Origin: Aminipila sp.
Lineage (GTDB): Bacteria > Bacillota > Clostridia > Peptostreptococcales > Anaerovoracaceae
DNA length: 64,000 nt
NCBI GenBank assembly: GCA_032096995.1
Contig: DAMCXN010000001.1
Span: forward strand, 68,260 to 132,259
Direction of reading: 5' to 3'
Under the pieces are notes generated by a model. It did not search any database and had not been told where the DNA came from. It saw only the letters and a list, made by a program, of their open reading frames with translations. Numbering within the stretch: position 1 is the first letter of the stretch; the number at the start of each line of letters is the position of its first letter. Made by a program: the position numbers and the translations under genes. Shown here in pieces: positions 59,025 through 64,000 of the stretch.

Positions 59025-59801
59025 TTAATTTGTGCCTGCTGCTAAAGTCAAAACATAAACTTTACCAGCTCCTGCTTCAATCAAAATTCTGCTACACTCG
59101 TCCACAGTACTGCCTGTAGTATATATATCGTCTATTAGCAATACGTGTTTTTTGTTCAGATTCAAAGCTTTATTGGATATCTCATATGAATTCTTTATAT
59201 TACTATATCTTTGCTTTGCATCTAATTTATTCATTGGAGCATTATACTTATTGCGAATAAGTACTCGATTATTATAGCCTACACCGAGCCCTTTGGCAAC
59301 TACTTTCGCCATAAGTTCTGATTGATTATAGCCTCTTTTTACTTGTTTTTTTGGATGCATAGGTACTGACGTAACCATATCAACATGTAAAGACTCTAAT
59401 AAAATTCTATCTAACATTATTTTGCCAAGCTTGTCTCCCATATATGCATGTCCATTAAATTTAAATTGGTGAATCATTTCTTTTTCGATCAAGCCATACT
59501 GCATACAAGTAAATCCACGCTCAAAAAAATGATTATTATTTTTGCAATCGCTACAAACCTCTTCAGTCTCCCTTATCTTATCAAGAAGTTTTCTTTTCTC
59601 GTTTTCTACCAAAATCTTTCCACATTTAGAACAGCTTCTTTCATTAGCCCAATGTATTGTTTCCAAACAGTTATCACATAATGCATAAACTCTACTTTTA
59701 TCTACTAGATTCCCACAACAAATGCAATAAATATTTGATGGAAAAATAAAATCTAATGTTTTTTTATATAATGTTCTTATCTTTTGTAAGTTGAAATCCA
59801 T
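59025..59801 (-). CDS. ComF family protein (double zinc ribbon plus PRTase-like domain)
   Basis: CxxC pairs, RGYNQSE and LIDDIYTTGST motifs. Confidence 0.93.
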   Translation of the reverse strand: MDFNLQKIRTLYKKTLDFIFPSNIYCICCGNLVDKSRVYALCDNCLETIHWANERSCSKCGKILVENEKRKLLDKIRETEEVCSDCKNNNHFFERGFTCMQYGLIEKEMIHQFKFNGHAYMGDKLGKIMLDRILLESLHVDMVTSVPMHPKKQVKRGYNQSELMAKVVAKGLGVGYNNRVLIRNKYNAPMNKLDAKQRYSNIKNSYEISNKALNLNKKHVLLIDDIYTTGSTVDECSRILIEAGAGKVYVLTLAAGTN

Positions 59802-59825
59802 TTAATCCCCCTACAAATTTAAAAA

Positions 59826-62039
59826 TTATAATAGGTTTTGTAATCGTGCTTTTAGACCTGTATATCTATCCATTATCCTATTATTTTCAACCATAGCAAA
59901 CATTCTGTTCATAGAACCTACTAATACAACTGCCTGTTTTCCTCTTGTTACCGCAGTATAAAGTAAATTTCTGGTAGCAAGCATTGGTGGAAACCATGTT
60001 ATAGGCATTATCACTATAGGGAATTCACTTCCTTGACTTTTATGAACTGTTACGGCATAAGCCAGTTCAAGTTCATCTAACTGCGTTACATCATAATTAA
60101 CATATTTATTTTCATCAAAAACTACAGTAATCTGATTAAATTCTTTGTCAATACTCTTTATAAATCCAACATCGCCATTGAAAATTCCTTCTCCATCAGA
60201 AAAATCGTCAAGACGTTTCCAAGCCATCTGATAATTGTTTTTTATCTGCATAACCTTATCATTTACCCTAAAAACCTTATCTCCATATTTTTGTTCTTCA
60301 AGTTCTTCTTTGGGAGGATTCAACACAGATTGCAATTCTTTATTCAAATTAATGCTGCCTAAAATACCTTTTCTCACTGGAGTAAGCACTTGCATATCTT
60401 TCATAGCATCACAGTCTTTAAAATATGCAGGAAGCCTCTTAAAACACAATTCCTTTATTGTTTCCAACATATCCTTTTCCGTCTTTTTCTGTAAAAAGAA
60501 AAAATCTTTACCTTTTTCATTAAAATCAGGATTTTCACCTTTATTAATTTTATGTGCATTTACTACAATTAGGCTTTCTTTAGCCTGCCTAAAAATCTCT
60601 GTTAATTTAACAGAATAAATCACTTCACTATCAATTATATCCTTCAAGACATTTCCTGCCCCTACTGAAGGTAACTGATCCGAATCTCCTACAAAAATTA
60701 ATCTGGTACCCGGAACTACGGCATTCATAATCCCATTCATCAGCAATATATCTATCATTGAAGCTTCATCTATAATTATTACATCATACTCTAAAGGATT
60801 TTCTTCAGTTTTCCCAAACCTCATGGTATCTTCGCCCTCTGAGTAATAATATTCTAAAAGTCTATGTATAGTAGACGCATAGTATCCAGATGTCTCGGTA
60901 ATACGCTTTGCTGCACGTCCAGTTGGTGCTGCAATAGCAGTCTTCAGTCCACTATTATCCAAAATGTTCATAATGGCATTAATTATTGTTGTTTTTCCAG
61001 TACCTGGTCCACCTGTTATAACAGAGACACCATTTAAAAGAGAACTCTTGACTGCAAATTTTTGATTTTCTGAAAGTTCCAAGCCTTTTTCATTCTCTGT
61101 CATGTTTATAAGACTATCTATATCAGCATTTATTATTTTTAGAGAGGCATTATTCAATGCTACCAATTTTTTGCATACATTCTGCTCAGCTAAATAATAA
61201 GGCATTAAAAATACTACAGCTTGTTCATTTAAATTTTCAATTTGAATCTCACCTTCAAAAGCCATTCCTACTAAAACTTCATATATTCGTTCTGTAGAAA
61301 CCTCCATAAGTTGTCCTGCTTTTTCACATAACACTTTCTGAGGTAAGTAGGTATGTCCTTCATTGATATGATAATTTAGTGTAAATTTAACGCCGCTTTG
61401 AATTCTATACTCATCATCTTTATCTATGCCTATCTTTTCTGCAATGGCATCCGCCTTTTTAAACCCTATACCATAAATTTCACTAACTAGTTGATATGGG
61501 TTTTGAGATACTATATCTATAGCTGCTTCACCATATTCTCTATACAGTTTAATAGCATAATTCGCTGATACACCAAATTGTTGAAGAAACATAGAGACTT
61601 CTGCCAACGCCCTTTTTTCTTTAAAAGCTTCACCTATTGTTTCTGCTTTTTTAGGTCCTATTCCATCTATTTCCACAAGTCTATGCGGGGATGTTTCTAT
61701 TATATTTAAAGCTTCTAAACCAAACTTTCTAATAATTAGTGCAGCAGTCTTCTTTCCTATCCCCTTTATGGCCCCAGATGATAAGAACTCTTCGATTCCC
61801 TTTGTGGAAGTAGGTCTTATTTCTTTTGCTTCACAAACATCAAATTGTTCTCCATACGTAGGGTGTGTCTTCCAATTTCCTGTAAACTCATAACTTCTTC
61901 CAGCATCTGCAAATGGCAAATAGCCTACAGCTGTGAACATTTCTTCATCGTTTTCAATAACCGCTATAGTATATCCATTTTCATTATTCCTAAAAATAAT
62001 CTCTTCAATTGTCCCTTTTTTTATCTCAGTTAACGGCAT
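59826..62039 (-). CDS. recD2: ATP-dependent RecD2-like SF1B DNA helicase
   Basis: HhH repeats, GGPGTGKT, APTGRAA, DEASM and YAVTVHKSQGSE motifs. Confidence 0.95.
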   Translation of the reverse strand: MPLTEIKKGTIEEIIFRNNENGYTIAVIENDEEMFTAVGYLPFADAGRSYEFTGNWKTHPTYGEQFDVCEAKEIRPTSTKGIEEFLSSGAIKGIGKKTAALIIRKFGLEALNIIETSPHRLVEIDGIGPKKAETIGEAFKEKRALAEVSMFLQQFGVSANYAIKLYREYGEAAIDIVSQNPYQLVSEIYGIGFKKADAIAEKIGIDKDDEYRIQSGVKFTLNYHINEGHTYLPQKVLCEKAGQLMEVSTERIYEVLVGMAFEGEIQIENLNEQAVVFLMPYYLAEQNVCKKLVALNNASLKIINADIDSLINMTENEKGLELSENQKFAVKSSLLNGVSVITGGPGTGKTTIINAIMNILDNSGLKTAIAAPTGRAAKRITETSGYYASTIHRLLEYYYSEGEDTMRFGKTEENPLEYDVIIIDEASMIDILLMNGIMNAVVPGTRLIFVGDSDQLPSVGAGNVLKDIIDSEVIYSVKLTEIFRQAKESLIVVNAHKINKGENPDFNEKGKDFFFLQKKTEKDMLETIKELCFKRLPAYFKDCDAMKDMQVLTPVRKGILGSINLNKELQSVLNPPKEELEEQKYGDKVFRVNDKVMQIKNNYQMAWKRLDDFSDGEGIFNGDVGFIKSIDKEFNQITVVFDENKYVNYDVTQLDELELAYAVTVHKSQGSEFPIVIMPITWFPPMLATRNLLYTAVTRGKQAVVLVGSMNRMFAMVENNRIMDRYTGLKARLQNLL

Positions 62040-62125
62040 TATGTCTTCCTATCTTATTAACCCCAATTTTAATATAAATTATTTTATTCTAAATTCGTTT
62101 AATTCCTATCAAAGCTATATACATT

Positions 62126-63007
62126 TTACTTAATAAATTTTATTTTTCTAAATGTTGCTGCCCATTTATTTTTTCCAAATTTACGGGCATATTCAATCAA
62201 ATCCTTTTTAGTATTTAGATTTGGTTTCATATGAGTTATATCCAAAATCGCATCAAAAATTCTTTCAATGTCCTTTTCTGGTATCCCTAAATCAAGTAAA
62301 TCTTGTTTTTCTATTTCCAAATCTTCTATAAAAATAGGTTCATTATATTGCTTTATATTATCTAATACATATTCTCTTGAATGTATGCGGTTAACAGGAA
62401 AATCATATATTATCCTTTGTGCCTTTGAAAGGTTATGTAAAAATTCATATCTTTCCATTCCATACTTTACAAGGAACTTTTTCATATCATACTTATTAGT
62501 TAAAAAATAAATTTTATCTAATAAATAAATTGCATCTAATAAATGACATTCCTCTTCTTCTGAAAACATCATCTTTTTTATGGCTTCTTCAGCCTTCTTA
62601 GGATTAAAACATTTATAAAATAAAGCTAGTCTTCTTAATGTAGTTCGTTTAGTATTGTCAATATTTTCTACATACATAGAAAAATCTTCCATTTGTTGTT
62701 TTGTCATATTCCTAGAAATTTCTTCACCTAAAATATAATCCATTGCCCCAGTTCTAGTTAATAAGGTAAGTCCCTTTCCAGCTCTTTTAGACGAGATTAT
62801 ATTTTCCAGACTTTCTCTCATCTTATCAATAGAAACATCATTAAGAAGTTGAATTTTTCCCGTACAAGCTTTCAAGACCTCTTCATTCAACTCAAAATCA
62901 GCTTCACAAGCGAAACAAATTGTATCAAGAATCCCCAATGGATTTTTTTCAATAGAATTCGCAGGATTTTTTACTATATCACTAATTTCTCTAGGTAACA
63001 CAACCAT
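62126..63007 (-). CDS. tRNA nucleotidyltransferase/poly(A) polymerase-like protein lacking the catalytic head domain
   Basis: Resembles the neck/body/tail of CCA enzymes (KNPLGILDTICFA..., VSIDKMRESL, DLEIEKQDLLDLG, PNLNTKKDL); no GGxVRD or DxD motif. Confidence 0.6.
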   Translation of the reverse strand: MVVLPREISDIVKNPANSIEKNPLGILDTICFACEADFELNEEVLKACTGKIQLLNDVSIDKMRESLENIISSKRAGKGLTLLTRTGAMDYILGEEISRNMTKQQMEDFSMYVENIDNTKRTTLRRLALFYKCFNPKKAEEAIKKMMFSEEEECHLLDAIYLLDKIYFLTNKYDMKKFLVKYGMERYEFLHNLSKAQRIIYDFPVNRIHSREYVLDNIKQYNEPIFIEDLEIEKQDLLDLGIPEKDIERIFDAILDITHMKPNLNTKKDLIEYARKFGKNKWAATFRKIKFIK

Positions 63008-63019
63008 ATTGACTCTCCC

Positions 63020-63982
63020 TTACTCTCCTAATGGCTTATAAATTTTTCTATTATCCAAGGTCCAAACTCTTTCTGAAAACTCTCCTGGCAATACGCCTTT
63101 TAGCGAGTCCTCCATATCAAACATTCTCGCATCAATTATATCAAGATAATGCAGTATTTCAGCTTCAGGGAACATTGGCTTCTTAGGGCTACCAAACTCC
63201 GGTTCATAATGATGTGTTAAAATCATATGTTCTAACATAATAGCCTTTTCTCGAGGCATTTCAATTTCTTCGGCAATTTTATCAATAGTTTTTATTCCCT
63301 GAACTAGGTGTCCTAGCATCTGTCCTTCAAAGGAATAACCAGTTGATATTCCTAGCTCATTTGAATCAATTTCATTCAATTTTTCCATATCATGCAAAAT
63401 TACTCCTGCCGCAACCAAGTCTGCATTTAGATTTGTATAAACTTCACACATTCTTTCACCATTCATAAGCATTCTTTTTACATGATACAAAAGTCCTGCA
63501 AGCTGTGCATGGTGATTTTTTTGTGCCGCAGGATAATACATAAGTCTTTCTTTATTTTCTGTTAAAACCTTTATACAAATAGCCTTTAAATCTGGATCCT
63601 TCATAGCATCTGCACGATCATATATATACTGATACATATTTTCTGCTCGCTCTGGTGCCGCTTTGATTAAATCAACCATTTCAATTGGATCATTTTCAAC
63701 TTTTCTTCTTATCTTCATAACCCTAAGTTGTTTTAATCCATTCCATTGTGTAACAACTGCTTTAATCTTTACAATATCTCCTTCTTTAATTTCATTAATT
63801 GAAGGCAATTCTGCATCTGAGACATCCCATTTTTTTGCTGTTACTTCTCCTGTTGAATCCGCCAATAACAAGTCTAAGTATTGTTTTTTATTTGAGCCTA
63901 ATTTTACAGCTATAGTTTTTATAATAAAAAAGTCTGTGATTTCTTCATTTGTTCTAAAATCAACAATACAAAATTCTTTCAT
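63020..63982 (-). CDS. yhaM: 3'-5' exoribonuclease YhaM family (OB fold plus HD domain)
   Basis: LADSTGEV.AKKW OB fold, PAA..NHH, LHDMEK, HMILTHH..PEFGSP motifs. Confidence 0.9.
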   Translation of the reverse strand: MKEFCIVDFRTNEEITDFFIIKTIAVKLGSNKKQYLDLLLADSTGEVTAKKWDVSDAELPSINEIKEGDIVKIKAVVTQWNGLKQLRVMKIRRKVENDPIEMVDLIKAAPERAENMYQYIYDRADAMKDPDLKAICIKVLTENKERLMYYPAAQKNHHAQLAGLLYHVKRMLMNGERMCEVYTNLNADLVAAGVILHDMEKLNEIDSNELGISTGYSFEGQMLGHLVQGIKTIDKIAEEIEMPREKAIMLEHMILTHHYEPEFGSPKKPMFPEAEILHYLDIIDARMFDMEDSLKGVLPGEFSERVWTLDNRKIYKPLGE

Positions 63983-64000
63983 TAGTTCTACCTTTACGAC

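Noticed and set aside
1..64000. CRISPR array, prophage, IS element or anti-phage defence locus
   Set aside because: No regularly spaced repeats and no cas, phage, transposase or defence motifs seen. The WYL gene is a YafY-type regulator next to a GyrI-like gene.

Overview
This low-GC Clostridia-type chromosomal window has most genes on the minus strand. 1-12.0 kb: a flagellar hook/basal-body/motor operon (flgC-fliEFGHIJK-flgD-TIGR02530-flgE-flbD-motA-motB, running off the left edge) with no flgB. Upstream of it is a stand-alone PAS-like gene under a c-di-GMP-I riboswitch. 13-26 kb: housekeeping genes (FAD oxidoreductase, DUF1292, uvrC, D,D-carboxypeptidase, apgM-like, serC/serA, YihY, rdgB, rph, mntP). 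26-39 kb: an accessory-like stretch containing a broken D-2-hydroxyacid dehydrogenase, a WYL regulator with a GyrI-like gene, a TlpA-like gene, AraC and MATE, TM1266-hydE-hydG behind a long riboswitch-like attenuator that I cannot assign to a known class, a PilZ protein, an SLH-M28 peptidase relic and tRNA-Ser. 39-64 kb: mgsA, thrC, gltX, thioesterase, ahcY, hcp, cdaA-cdaR-glmM-glmS, hpf, a raiA-motif ncRNA, comF, recD2, a headless CCA-enzyme-like protein and yhaM. I saw no CRISPR array, integrase or transposase. All calls come from reading the sequence by eye; no database searches were run.
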